A stretch of DNA of 52,960 nucleotides, counting the filler, from Porpidia crustulata (taxonomy: Eukaryota), in the NCBI GenBank assembly GCA_964255105.1. It is 3 parts of 3 records of this genome, joined end to end, with 100 filler letters (N's around TTAATTAATTAA, not from the genome) between each part and the next. Parts side by side here need not be neighbours in the genome. Positions count along the whole stretch, not along the records: positions 1 to 17,618 come from CAXUWE010000211.1; positions 17,719 to 35,291 come from CAXUWE010000212.1; 1 more part is not named here. One strand, given 5' to 3'. Under the pieces are notes generated by a model, which made no database searches, had not been told where the DNA came from, and saw only the letters and a list, made by a program, of their open reading frames with translations. The position numbers were made by a program, and so were the translations under genes. Positions 10,013 to 23,528 of the stretch are shown here, piece by piece; the stretch's first letter is position 1; every line of letters begins with the position of its first letter.

Positions 10013-13000
10013 TTAGAACGACCACAACTTGAAGCGTTTGACTTTGGTCGCCCAAGTAAAGACGTAGACCAGAGCAAGATTGCTAGCGGTAAAAAGCACA
10101 AAGATGCCCCAGTGACCCCACATGCCGCCCAACTTACTGTTGCTGAGGTTCAAGCCCTCAAGGAACTGTTCTCCCGTGGTCCACTTGCACACACTGCAAG
10201 AGTCGGTGGCGTTGGGATTCAGGAGCTAGGCCGACGCTGCCAACGCCCAGGAACCGGCGTAGGAGCCGCAGATCTGTCCCGGTGGTGGTGGGAAGGAGAC
10301 GAGATCTTGAGCCGAGCAGTGCACTTGTACGGTGCCGGTGACGGCTGTGACGATGCCGCCGAGGAGATAGGTAAATGGAGAGCTATAATAGAGCTTACGG
10401 GAATCCGAGGTTAGCAGGGTCACATCAAACATGGAAGCCATGGAGGAGGCGACATACCCAGTAACGCCAGAAGACCTGTATCTGCGAGTATGGCACGATG
10501 ATGCCGCTGAACCAGTTGGAAGCGCAGACGATGAAGACCATGAGATTCCCAGCCGTGCAGAGGTCAGGTGTAGCAGCCATGATGAACAGGCCAAGCAAAA
10601 CCTGTATCCAATGCGGTCAATTCACTTGGCCGTTGCACAGCAGTGAATAGGAAAGGAAGCAAAGCGCATACCTGAAAAATCTCGTAGGTCAATATAACAA
10701 GGAAGTTATACCCTGCAGATTGTCCCAGTGGTAGACCGGCCGGAAAATAGAAAAGAATGTAATACACCACTCCACAGATCAGTGCTCCTGGTAGTTCAGC
10801 GAGAATGGATGCATTGCAGAGCGCAACCCAGCCATAGGTCCTCGTCGGCCCTTCACGGGCTTCCCAGAACAGTCTTTCGAAAAAGAATCGCACGAGGATG
10901 GTATTGACAATGGCGTTTACAAGGAATAGCATGAAGAATACAGCGAAGACTCGGTTTTGTAGATCGGTGGGACTGGTACCGACCTGGAAGAGGGTGAAGC
11001 CGACAAGGATGGCGCTGACCACGTGAACCCAGATCTTAGAGTACAGGTAGGAAACATTGCGCCATTGATTACGGAAGATACGCTTAGTAAGGAGCCAGCT
11101 TTGCTCGGCGGTAGAAGCATTGAAGGAGCCTTTCGAACCATCCGCCAGTTCTGCTAGAGGCACCTGGGACTGCACGAGCGAGTCGATATCCTTGCTGATG
11201 GAGGATGCCTCAGGCGAGTTCTTCCATGCCGCGGCCCAATCGCTGGCTTTGTCGTCTTTGTGGGCCTGCACGCCTGCTCCGACCTGCCATGCGTCAGCAA
11301 GGACGTCTCCTATCGGAATAGTAACGTACTGTCTCCAAGACGAATTCAGCAGGGTTCGTGTCAGGCGGGCAGAAAGAATCGTGACGCTGAAAGTACGGAA
11401 GCACGGCGTCGATTTTACCAAAGCTAGCGGAAGTTAGACTGATATGTCGATGCCTCAATGTTATTTACTCACTAAAGCTGGTCCCCATTTGAGGACAGGG
11501 CCAGTAATTTGTCGAAAGAGTTGAATACAGATGTCGAGGGCTGATGGATCGTCACAAGCACAGCTTGTCCTTATTGCACCAACGCTTTTAGATGTCTGAT
11601 GATGTTCGCGGCTCCCTGCGAATCAAGGCCGGACGTTGATTCATCAGCAAACAGGATCTTGGGTCGCACGGCAAGCTCAACCCCAATCTATATGTGTTAG
11701 AGGCGCCCCGACTGAGATTTCCAAACAAACAGACTTACTGTGACGCGCTTCGTAGTTTCTACGCCAAGACCGGCGTTGTCATCGCGGATAAGAGCATTCT
11801 CCACCCTGCGTAGATCCAAGATATCCAATACTGTTTCGACGTGTGCTAATTTCTCTTGTCGTGTGTAAATCCTCGGCTGTCGAAGCAATGCCGAGAATTC
11901 AAGGGCTTCACGAACTGTGGCAGTGCCGTCATGAAGATCCATTTGCTGCGCAAAGCCTGCGAGCTTTTTGAACTCACTTCCAGGGTTCTGTCCACCAAAC
12001 TGGATGGCTCCTTTGAGTTTGCCCGCGAAGTTGGTCTGGCTCAGTGCTGTCAAGAGCGTGGTTTTGCCGGCGCCGCTGGCGCCACAGAGTGCCACAAAGT
12101 CCCCTGGTCGGACGTACGCTGAGATTCCTCTTAGGATACTCTTCTCTCCAATACTTACTTCGAGTTTCTTCCAAGTCAAAGACGGGCCAGGGAAGCTATT
12201 TTGCCCTCCCAATGTTGGTTGACTGCTTTGTCTCGACGAAATCGCTGCCGATTTCTCTACGTCAACGAGGCCATCGCCAGTGTCGACTTCCTTTGGATCC
12301 TTGATAAAGGTAATGGGGTTGCCGCCCTGGGAGCTGAAGCGCATGATCTCGCTGCCAATCGCTCCCAATATGACGTACACCGCAGCAATGGCGATCATGA
12401 TGCCAATGTTCCGCCATCGATGCGAGAAGTAGTAGCCTAAGCTTTCAGTGTAGGCCGAACCTGCAACAGTAATGGCGCCGGGTACCGCTCCACGAATTGT
12501 GCATGTTTGATACTGAGGGCTCACCCCAGAAATGCCGGGAACCAGCGCATCAGCGCAGCTAATCGTCAAGCCTCGGAACTCATTGGTGAGGAGATTTTCG
12601 TACGCATAGTACATGGGATTAACCCAGTGTAGCCAGCCAAAATCAGGATTCATGTTCTGAGGCTGGATTAGAAAACCACTAAAGAGACATAGAATCGTGC
12701 TTGCAGTTCCACCATAACGGAAGCCTATAAAAATATCAGCGTTACTGGTAGAAGCAGAACCGGATGTGTCACTCACAGTCATCGAGTGATGGTACATAGT
12801 AGGCAAACAGTCGCAGCAAATTAGTGAAGTTGACTGTGGAGATGTACATGGTAAGGTAGAAGAAGAAAAATTTCCCAGCATCAACTTGCAAACGGCTTAG
12901 GAAGTAGAAGGGGAGGATGAAAATTACATGTTGAAAAGCAATGAGCGGTAAGTCTATCAAAACCCGAGCCAGGACAACAGCGCTAGGTCGATACATGTGT

Positions 13001-14626
13001 AAAGAGGCTGTTGATACTGAGGTTAGTATATACAATTTCTGTTAGCAGTTGACCATACACTAACCTTGACGTTCCAGAACGGGTCTATTCGTGTGAGCGT
13101 CGAAGAGCTCTGGAAATTGAAGCCATCCATTGACAATCAGCGCAAAGAAGAGGATGCCACCTCGCGTAGAAGCGCCTTGTCCATCATTCGTTATTCCGTA
13201 GTACATGGACTCGATAACGAGGCACAGAATGACTGTATTGATCCACTTAGTTTTGTAGACAAGCATCTGTGCTCTAAAGATTTGAGACTCTCGACGCAGA
13301 GTTTCCCAGATCTGGACTGGGTAGGGAAGATTGTAAGATCTGCTAGAGCTAATCGTCCCTGTAGAAGCTTGCTGCTTCTCAACGTCGCCAATCTCGATCT
13401 GAAGCGCGGCATAGATGGACGACTTCTTAAATGAATCAGCAAGTTCTGCTGGTATTCGAATCGACTGTGCAATGGATCCTGCCCGGGTTTTACGCTCTGC
13501 GGGATCAGTAGCAGTGGCTAGAAACTCAGCCGTTGTCTGACCAGGGATATGGAGGAACCCAAGATCCTCAAAATAAGACTTGGCTTCATCTATGCGACCG
13601 AAAAAGACTTCATGGCCGCTATCAATCAGGAGCACCTTGTCAAAGTGACTATAGATATTCTCTCCAGCCTGGTATAGTGTCGCCAAAGTTGTTTTCTGGC
13701 CGATATCTGTCAGTTTCCGGAGAGCCTTGACGAAATCCAGGGCAGTGGAAGAGTCCAGGCCGCGAGTGGAATTATCAAAAGCCTGAACGCAAGAACCTGC
13801 AGCGAGTATTTCCGCAATCGAGACACTAGAGTAGGATTAGTAAGTATCAGCGCTGTGGATTTTGATACTAATAAGGAGCTCACCGTTTTCGTTCACCACC
13901 AGAGACACCAGGGAAGAACGCTCCACCAACAGGAGTATCTAATACGTTTTCTATTCCGAATAGCTTCGCAGAGGTCTCCACAAGTTCACCCACAGACGCT
14001 TTCCCACGAATGGAACTGGGAAGATTCATGCGAAGCGCAAAGGTGATTGTCTGACGGACTGTCAAGGTGGCTATGTGACGGTCCTCCTCAGGAAGATAGA
14101 TAGAATCACGCTAATGCTCTTTCTTGAACGCTTTCGCAGATTTGTAAGCAAAGACTAGATCCCCAGATATCTTCAGCGTAGAGCGATTCGCAGCCGTGCG
14201 AAGAGAAGTCGAACATCCACTGCCTGGTCGGCCGAGAACTTACAGCATCTCGCCTGCTTTGACAACACCGGTAAAGTCTGATAGAATCTTCCTCGAATTT
14301 GCTGACGAGCCATGGTCAGGTGCGACAAGGTTCTTCAAGAAGTTGAACTGATCAACACCAAATGTGTTAAGTATAGCTCGAGGGAGCGTTTTCACGCGGA
14401 CCGCATCACTCGGAGGACCCTCGACGGTAAGTTTTTTGAAGATAAGAGGAATCTTCAAGACCGTTCTGTCTTGTCCAGCCTGTCCCTCAAGCAACTGGCG
14501 AACAAGAGCGATGTCGTGGGCGTCGACATCTTTCTTTGTGGAATCGTCGCTTGTCATATCAAGCTCAGTAGGTGGAGTTAGAGCATATGCTCCTGTCTCT
14601 ACATTTTCGTCGGAGTTGTCCGTCAT
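10013..14626 (-). pseudogene. Full-size ABCG/PDR multidrug transporter pseudogene
   Basis: NBD1 GRPGSGCST, VSGGERKR and FDNSTRGLDS; NBD2 GASGAGKTT; two TMDs; several introns; natural stop at 10013-10015. Premature in-frame stops at 14240-14242, 14111-14113, 11571-11573 and 10226-10228. Confidence 0.9.
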
Positions 14627-15204
14627 AGTGAGGTGTGGGCGGCAGCTAAGGTATCAAGAAGAATAGGAAAGCAGGACAAGGGAGATTGTGGTACTAGAAT
14701 CCTTTTGACCGAGTGATGCCCAAAAGCATTCTTTAGATGAAGGCAGTAGGTTGGGTGCAGAACAGAGGCGGTACCAAGGTGGTCGCAGGATGGAACGAAG
14801 AAAGAGAGATAGGTTGCTATAGTTGCGATAGGAAACAAATGATGAGCAAGCAAAACAATGTGAGTGAATGTCTACACGCGAATTGACTTTGCTTATAAAT
14901 GAGCATAGTATGAAGTATCCCATATCTGATCCGTCAGCCGTGCCAGCCCTCAATGTGTATTTGACCATTTTCTGGTGCTGTCGGCCGGAGCAGCGAAGGA
15001 ATTCATCGAAGATGTTTGGATCCCTCACGTGACCGCCATCCAGCTCCGACGCTAGCCACAACGGGCGAACGAGAAACTGCATGAAAGGGCAATACCTTCC
15101 GGCCTCCATGGTCTGGCAATCTTGCTGTTAGGTGGTCTCCCTTTGATGAAAGACTCAAGCCTATCTGATAATGTTCACACCCTATCTTGGTTCTTAAGTT
15201 CGCC

Positions 15205-16879
15205 ATGGACGACGATGCCCTCGCAGTGTGTGCCGCAGAGCCAGAGCGACTTGAAGAGAGCACTAATAGGAGATTAGTGAGAAAGATCGATTCGCATCTT
15301 ATGCCCGTTCGTGGTTATACTGTACAGTAGTCCGGTCCAGTCCTCTGGCTGATGCTTTCCGTCAGCTGCTCTGCATCATCTATGGTCTCAACTACTTGGA
15401 TAGTACGTGCACCGTACTGAATCGCCGGTGATAATGGGCAACGTCGCGGAACGCTCCTGACTTTCAGCCACTTAGAGACGACCCTCAGCTATGCAAGTAT
15501 AATGGGCTTGAAGGAGGATATTGGGCTTGGGAAGGATAGCTACCAATGGTTGGGAAGCATCTTCTACTTCGGTCTGCCCGGTCAAAGCCGAGCATTGCCA
15601 CCCTCTAACGTATCTACAGGATACATTGCGTGGGAGTATCCAAGCAGCCATATGCAACAGCGTTATCCACTTGCTAAATATTCTTCCGTTAACATCATAC
15701 TCTGGGGCGCGGCCTTGACTTGCTTCGCCGCGGTCCAGTCGTTCCAAGGAGCCGCCGCGGTACGCTTCTTCCTTGGTGCTTGCGAAGCAGCTGTGACACC
15801 GGGATTCGCTTTGTTCACCTCACAGTGGTATACCAAGACAGAGCCAGGAGCGCGAACGGGAATATGGTTCGGTTTCAACGGCATTGCCGCTATCATCGGC
15901 GGCGTGCTTGCTTTTGGCATTTTAAAGGGGACACAACAATTTGGCTCTAGCATTGCTCCCTGGCGGATTCTCTTCCTTGTGACAGGCGTGTTCACCATTA
16001 TTGTTGGCTTCGTCTCTCTCTACTGCATGCTCGACAGCCAATTCAATGCGCGGTTTTTGAATCCCTCCGACGGTTTGCTAGCCATAGAACGTATTCGGGG
16101 AAATCAGCAAGGCATCAGCAATAAACATTTTAAAAGGTATCAACTCGGCAAGGCAATCACTGATCCAATGACGTGGGCATTTGCTTTCTTTGCACTTGCT
16201 GGCAATATCCCAGACGGTGGCATTACCAGCTTCTTCTCTCAGATCATCGTTCTCTCCGGATTCACTCCGGAGCAAAGCCTGCTTTACGGGGCGCCTGCCG
16301 GCGCAGTACAGACTATAGCACTTGTTGTCAGCGGAATACTCGGTGACCACTACCGGCAGCGTATCTGGGTTAGCTGCGATGGTTTACTAATCGGTATTCT
16401 CGGAGCCATTCTTCTAGCACTGCTGCCTTTAGGTAACAGCCGAGGTCGCCTTGCAGCGTTCTACCTTACACAAGCTAGCCCAACTGCTTTCGTTGCCCTG
16501 CTGTCCCTAATATCCACGAATGTAGCGGGGCAGACGAAAAAAACAATGGTCGTGGCGATTTATCTGGTCAGCTACTGCATTGGAAATGTCATCGGTATAG
16601 CGAGAGACACAAACAAGTGAAGCCAGCATGCTGACGGTTGGAACAGGTCCTCAAACCTTCCGAGACAGCGACGCGCCAAGATATACACCTGCTTTGATCG
16701 CCATCTATAGTTGTTGGGCGGCATGCTTCCTCGACCTTCTTTTCATCCGTGCATATTACAAATACCAGAATAAGAGGAAGGCGGCGGTCCGAGCGGCGTC
16801 GGATTATCAGAAAGTGGCGATGTCGGAATTTAAGGACTTGACTGACAAGGAAAAACCAGAGCTGATGTACGTCGTATAA
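15205..16879 (+). CDS. MFS permease, allantoate/anion:cation symporter (Dal5-like)
   Basis: RKIDSHLMP / LLCIIYGLNYLD / TTLSYASIMG, RFFLGACEA, NVAGQTKK and GPQTFR across five exons (introns at about 15307, 15403, 15572, 16595). No stop seen in the spliced frame. Start uncertain. Confidence 0.85.
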
Positions 16880-17618
16880 AGCTGTGGGGTTAGACTAGAC
16901 AGTGGTACCGATGAAGGCTAGAGGATAGATTGCGTGGAGCTAGAGCTAAGCTGGGTTTCTCCAGTTTCTTCCCGGGCTAGCTTCCCTTCCAATAGACCAT
17001 CAGCCCAGATTGGCTACATCACAGCTCATCAAAATCTTCAAATTCACTGCTTGTCAGTTCTCACCACGTGAAGCCCCGATGCTCAGCCAAACCCAACCAT
17101 CACTGCCTCAACCGAAGCCAGCCTACTTCAATCCAACCCTTCACATCCTGCCCCATTCAATCCGTCATATGATTAGTAGCCCTTAGCAAAACACATCCTG
17201 CAGCCCACTCCAAACCCAACCACGAAGGCACTCGCAAGGCGCCCGCTCAAGGCTTGGCCAGCTCGAAGATCGTTCGCCCTCGGCGTGTGGACAGCTCTCC
17301 CGATCCGACCAGACGATACCTAGACCCCAGAACCTACCCACCACGCAAAAATTCGGAAGCACAACACAAGACGCGAATCCCAGCGGCTGAGGACGTCTGG
17401 CTTTATTAAGTGATGTGCTAGGTATTTATTTTCCTTTTTCTGAACCGTAGCACAACTCCCTGTTGGATACTCCTGCGAGGGTGCGTGCACGCGCTCTTAG
17501 GATCAAAGACTTCATGGTCATAATTCCCACGACGATGGTTCCCAAGACTTTCACAACACACCATTTTCCCCCCCCTGCTCCCTGTTGTTGGCGTATCAGG
17601 TATGGAATCAATGGCATT

Positions 17619-17718
17619 NNNNNNNNNNNNNNNNNNNNNNNNNNNNNNNNNNNNNNNNNNNNTTAATTAATTAANNNNNNNNNNNNNNNNNNNNNNNNNN
17701 NNNNNNNNNNNNNNNNNN
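17619..17718. other. Assembly linker/gap (N44-TTAATTAATTAA-N44)
   Basis: N runs around a six-frame-stop spacer; artificial contig join. Confidence 0.97.
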
Positions 17719-18863
17719 GTACGGAGAGTACGTATGCTGGGAGGTATAGTCGTTGCTGTGGGGGAGAAAGACTGAGGTTCGTGGATTGTTGATTCGATTC
17801 GATCCGTGCTCTGGCCCACATCGTCTTCTTTGTCGTCGGACTGTTGATCGCCCTGTTGCATTTCTTCCAATTTCAGGACCTTGTCACATCCTCCCTTCTC
17901 CTCCTCCTTTATCTCATCCGCTCCATCTCCCCCCATCTCCTCATCTTCCTCCTCTCTCCCAGCCACCATCCCTCTGAGTATCCAGACCACTCGCTTTCCC
18001 AGACTCCTAAGGGTTCCCACCTCCTCGCTGCCCATCTCTCCAACAGGCCTGCATCTGCCCAGTAGTCCCCATGCCCATGACCCTAGCTTGTCTTCCTTCG
18101 CGAGATTTCTTCGTGTCAACAGCGTCTCTAGCACATTCAAACCGCAAATCACGGTCTCTTGTGGTAATTGGCTTAGAAGGACCATCGTTGGGTCCGTATG
18201 TAGGATTTTATACCGCCATGTTTGATACGTGGCGGAGTAGAACTCTCCTGCCGTCGCGGACACGGCCGGTCGTGGCGACCGTAAGGTGGCATTGAGATCA
18301 GAGAATCGAGAGCAAAGGGCGGCATAATAAGCTTCTTGTGGGTCAATATCTTCAGTCTCGTTGTCCCTAGCAGTGCTCAAAGCTTGGGTAGGAACTGCAG
18401 TGTAGGCCCCATCGGCATAATAGCCCTGAGGATAATCGGCATACAGGTTTTCCACTTCAGTGGGGGGAGAGACAGGCGCAACGAGTAAATTCGGGACAGT
18501 CTTGGCCTCGGACCTACATCATCCCATATTCACGTCAGTGGGACTTCCGCCGTCTTCTGCGCAGATGAAGATGCTCAGCCAATGTTTCGCAACTTGTAGC
18601 ATCATGGCGACTTACCTGACCATGCGCAGATATTCCAGACCGTCGCTCGCAGGACCGTAGAATAGATCATCCTCGCCATCAGCGCCATCGATGCCGGGGA
18701 ATGCGCCCCGTTGGCCGTAAGTTGGGTCTACTCGGGGTTGATTATTTCCAGGGCCATGATTACTATCATCGCCGGCGTAGGAGCCTCGAGAGAACTTATT
18801 GTAGATAGAAGACTCGTGGATGGACTCAACATGCTTGCGTTTGTTTGCCATTGCAGGTGTCAT
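17719..18863 (-). CDS. Gemin2/Brr1 (SMN-interacting)-like protein; 3' end lost in gap
   Basis: DPTYGQRGAFPG..DGLEYLRMVR|SEAKTVP with intron 18514-18615, and C-terminal WAWGLLGRC..EEVGTLRSLGK. The ORF runs into the N linker. Confidence 0.7.
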
Positions 18864-19133
18864 TTGAAGCGGGAAGGGACAATCATCGAAATAATCTAGC
18901 CATAATTACATTATATTCTACAATTTCGTGTTTACGGTACCCAAACAACGAAGTGACTGAATGTGCCTTATGGTAATGTCTTTCTACGCATATTCTAGTC
19001 TAGAGCATTATCATGGAGTAGGTCATGGCCATGGAGTCCCCAGACTTAAATCGCCTCAATAGGACACAATAAGCTTGAAAGCATAGGTAAGACCGGCTTT
19101 TGGCATACTCCAGTAACGCCCAGATTGCCACAT

Positions 19134-22100
19134 TCACGATACACTTCCCACTACCAAGGCCGCAACACCTTCCTCTTCACTTCTCACAGTGATTTTAGTT
19201 GTCACTCCACTCTTCGCGGAGTAAGCCATTCTAACCATGGCAGCGACCTTGCCTCCCCCGAGTGTTTTGCCATACAGCTTGAGTGTATGAGTGCTGGTGG
19301 AGATGCTAACGTCACTGCCATCCAATGGTTGAAGAGAAAGGGCTTTTGTGAGTTGTTCGATTGCGTCTGATCAAGTGTTTGGTCAGTTTCAGTATCTTTT
19401 GTCAAAGCCTTGCTAAGTTCCAGTAAGGCGAAAGAGCATTAGCTGCTTACCTGATATGCTTTTGATGCTGGTCAATTGTAACGTTTCAGATGCTTCGTCT
19501 CCATTAGCACCCGTCTGCTCCCACACATGATCAAAGCTTCCCGCAAAAGCCGGCACGACATAGTCGCTCCCTAAAAGTTCGAGATCCTCAACCTGGTATT
19601 CATCTTCATATCCAGTCTCATCCGGTTCTCCAGATGCCGGATCGATTTCTTTGCTAGTGAATTTCAGAATATTAGTAAAAGTTGTAATAGGGTATGCCGT
19701 ATCGCCAACTTTCTGGAAGCTGACGTAAACAGTCCCTGGTTGGTCAGTCGGAAGTTTCGCAACAGGTATAACGAATTCCTCCTCTAAAGACTCGTCTTCT
19801 TCCGCTGGCGTTGCTACAATAGAAACCTCTTCCAGCACTGTGTCTGGCAAAGTATTCTTGATGCCGTATTGGATTACAACACGCTTCTTGTAAATATGTT
19901 TAATGGCAGTAACGACATACTCTGTCTCGGATTCTGTCAATTCAACAGGCGAAGATGATCGTAGCAAAGCACCATGAGCTTTGAGCTCCGGGATCTGTAA
20001 TAATTGTTGCGAATGTTTTTGTGCTTCCGCCAACGCAGAAACTGCGTTATCTGCACCGCCAGTGGCTTGCGCCTTCTTAGGTCCTGCACTTGGAGCTTTC
20101 AGAGTTGGCGTTGCCGAAGTAAGCTTTTTCGTCCTTTCTTTTGCAAGAGCCTGTTCATGAGTGACAATAGGGACGGTGGACATATCGAATGCGGTCGCAA
20201 AATTAGCTACGTCATTGGCAGTTACGTACATGACAAGCTGATGCTCGAAAGTCGATAGCGAAAACATGGAGTCTGAAGCTCGCAAGTAGGTAAGTAGACG
20301 TACAAATTCGGGGCGGACTACATACCGTTCTTGATGAACCGATTAGCCATTTCATCCTCTTCGCTCATAAGCCTTAGATTCAATGCAGCACGGTCTCTGA
20401 CTTCATCATCAGTGTCATCGAGGCATCGAGTCAACAGTACGGTAACGCTTCTCTTCACTTCTGGGTCCTGTTGCCCGACTCCAAACTTGGCCAAAGCTGT
20501 CACGGCCGCAGCTCTGACTAGGGCATTCTCCAAGACAACGCGATTATAGATATATCGGATGTACTTGGTCGGCTGTGGAGTTTTCGGGCCTTCAACCCCA
20601 AGTAAATGCAGTATCCGTACAGCCAGTTTCGTGAACTCGCAGTCCTCGATGAATTCGCACAAATGTGCCAGAGCTGTGTAGGTTAGCCAGTGCGCCCTTG
20701 AACCATGCATCAGACCTACCGTCTTCCTTGCTACCTGGTACAAACTTGATCAAATCGAACATGCTTTCCACGACACTTCTCTTAAATTCGTAACCACCTT
20801 CGTCCCTGAGTATGCCACTCAAAAACGCAAGCATGCCCGCTTGTTTGCTAGGAAACTTCAAGCATAATGTTCTGATCGCTTCAACGATAGTAATTTTGAA
20901 CTCGTCGGTAATGTCTGCCATAAATCCAGAAATTTGCTTCATCAGCCGGTCAACGCTGCTCTCGTTCCCAGTCTTGAGCAGCGTTGTAATTGCGAACGTG
21001 GCGATCGAACGATTAGTGTTAGAAATGAGAGTTTCGATATCAGGGTTGCACGGCTGAACGGCCTGCGGTTTGAAAGAGGCGATGTTGTGGAGGATGCGAA
21101 TGGCAGCAAATTTGGTGACAGAGCGAGGAGATGTTAGGAATAGCTGAAGCGTGTGAATTGCCTGCGTAAGTTCGGCATCACTGACATCGCGCAGGTTGCA
21201 GATGGCTTTCGCAGCCTCAAAGTTGACCATCTCACTTTTGTGTCGTAACCAGCCATCAAGGAGCTGCATCATAGGCTTCCGCAGCCCCGGATCATCCTCT
21301 ATCAGCTTCGCTGCTAACCTTACCAACATCACTACTGCCGCAGGGCTCTTGACGACGCCCGGAGCGCCGTACTGCTGCACCATTTTGACCAATGCCATGC
21401 GGTCATGCGATCTCATCTGGTACAACAGGCCGATTGCATGATATTGGGTCATATAATTGGTGCTTGGCAGTAGCGAGTGCTGGCTTCCTGAAGTTGAAAA
21501 GCCTAATGAGAAACCGCCGGACGATTTGGACGAAGATGCCGCTTCTTGCGTCTCGCTTTGCCATCTACGAACAACATCTCGAGCTATAGGAAGAAGGTGA
21601 TATGACGAAACAAGAGCAGCAGACGACACAGACGGAGTCTTGTCGACAATCGCAGTCTTGATCAACCGTTCAATGGCTTGGACAGTAGTTGCCTACTTAT
21701 ATCAGCGCAGGATTTGAGACCGCACTCGTGAGCCTACATCAATGATTCTGCACAGCGCCCGTATAGCGTTTGCCTTGTACAAAACGTCGCTACCCACCGA
21801 AGTATCCTTCATAATACTACTGGTGACCATGATGACATCCTCAGCAGTGTTTGCCAGCTCTTTTATTACCAAATATACCATCTGCCGTAACGACGCATCC
21901 TTGTTTTGAAAGAGCTTTGAGATTCCAAAGAAAAGAGACGTTGCTTCGTTTGTTGGAAATGTCTCCCCAGTGAAGAGGAGAAGAGCGATCTTGGTGAGAA
22001 GTATTCGGCATCGTCGCGGAGATATAGGCGAAGAGTTGAAGAGTCTTGCTGCATGACGAATAGTCAGCCGTAGCTGCCATGGCACGTACATTGCTCGGCT

Positions 22101-22179
22101 TACCTTCTTGAAAGACAAAGGTTCTGTCGACTTTCACAATTGCTTGGTCCGCATCCTCGTCCTTCTTGCCGTAGCTCAT
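19134..22179 (-). CDS. SEC21: Coatomer subunit gamma
   Basis: [43 protein letters not shown] and appendage C-terminus; five canonical GT-AG introns. Confidence 0.97.
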
Positions 22180-22604
22180 TGTATCAAAATTTGGACCTGG
22201 GCCCTTGCTATTCAGCAGTGCCCGTTCAATTGCGCAACCTCCACGTCAACGCTGATGATTCTCATTCCACCACAGTGGATGGCTAGGTACCAGGCCAATT
22301 GTTTACTCGAGTTGCGTCGTCACGGGTGTCGTTGAAATTGTTGTTGACTGCTTTACGATATTCCCTATGAGCTTGCTGGCTATTGTGCCAAATGGCCAGC
22401 AGTCAGTGTTCGGATTACCTTAGTGCGCCCTGAACTTCAACCAGCCAGCTAGCTAAGGTGCGTGGGTGCTAGGCAACATCCTCCCGAGTCTCCGCCCCAC
22501 CCCTGTACCCCTCAGTAGACATATCAAAGCAGCTAGATAGTAGTATCTCATCAACCTCTTCGGAAAAAAAACACAAAGTGTAGCATAGCCTGCTTGTCAC
22601 TAGA

Positions 22605-23528
22605 ATGGATGAGCGCGTACATGTACCGATTGACGATCCTAACGCTGATACAGAATGGTACCTCCATCATATCCATATTGATGCTTATCACCGCCTGACC
22701 ATTCGTTACAGGAATGATATTCTACGCAAGCATAAGATCATTCCAGAGAAGCCACCTTCTCCTACACCTATCATCCAAGAAGCAATACTAGAAGCCCGGA
22801 AACAGGCCTATGAGAACAGACTTGGTGACAAAGACCTCGACGAGCTCAAGGAATTGGAAGACGAAGAGGATGATACTTTCTTGGCTAAGTACCGGTATGT
22901 GAAGTGTTTAATAGTGGGCCGGAATGTTAATATGAACCTTCCCCTTTAGTAATCAACGCCTGGCCGAGCTATCTACCATAGCGACTGCCAGTACCTTTAA
23001 TCAAGTATACCCTCTTCAAAAGCCAGATTATGCACGTGAAGTAACTGGAGCCTCAAATAAAGCATTCGTTTTTGTTCATCTTACTTCATCGCTTGGGACA
23101 AATATCGAATCACGAGTTCTAAGCGAATTATGGCGAGAAATGGCTCATCAATTTGGGGATGTTAAGTTTTGTGAAATCAGGGCCGATCTCTGTATTGAAG
23201 GATATCCAGAACATAATACGCCAACGATCTTGGTATACCGTGATGGCGATATCAAGAAGCAGGTCATTACTTTGAAAGAGCTAGGGGGTGAGAAGATGAG
23301 TATCAAAGGTAATTCTGCGCCTGAAATATTCATTTTCTAGAATGGTATAGTATTGATTGAGTCTCTCCAACAGATCTTCAGCGTCTACTCCTGGATCTAG
23401 GCGCCGTCAGAGCAAATGATCACCGATTATCACGTTCAGACAAGGCTAAAGATACGCATGTATATAGCTCAATACGGAATGACCATAATGAGATTATAAA
23501 AGAGGACGATGACGACGATTGGGACTAG
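22605..23528 (+). CDS. PLP2: Phosducin-like protein (Plp2/PDCL3 family)
   Basis: DPNADTEW|NDILRKH, KPDYAREVT, CIEGYPEHNTPT and acidic DDDDW end. Exons about 22605-22657, 22712-22894, 22950-23308, 23374-23528. Confidence 0.9.

Noticed and set aside
9773..10414. 213-aa plus-strand ORF
   Set aside because: Mostly the antisense shadow of the ABC transporter's last exon; no recognisable motifs.
13010..13064. ABC intron with two branch-point-like motifs (possible nested intron/stwintron)
   Set aside because: The inner unit would be only ~26 nt, too short; a single intron restores the frame.
1..17618. Starship or other giant transposon
   Set aside because: No DUF3435 tyrosine recombinase or element boundary is visible in the window, so it cannot be claimed.
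17461..17618. TGTTGGA-starting segment as a possible LTR
   Set aside because: Runs into the gap; no matching end or TSD available.
17663..17674. Palindromic TTAATTAATTAA motif (also at 35336-35347)
   Set aside because: Synthetic six-frame-stop spacer inside N runs, not biological. It also invalidates linkage arguments across contigs.
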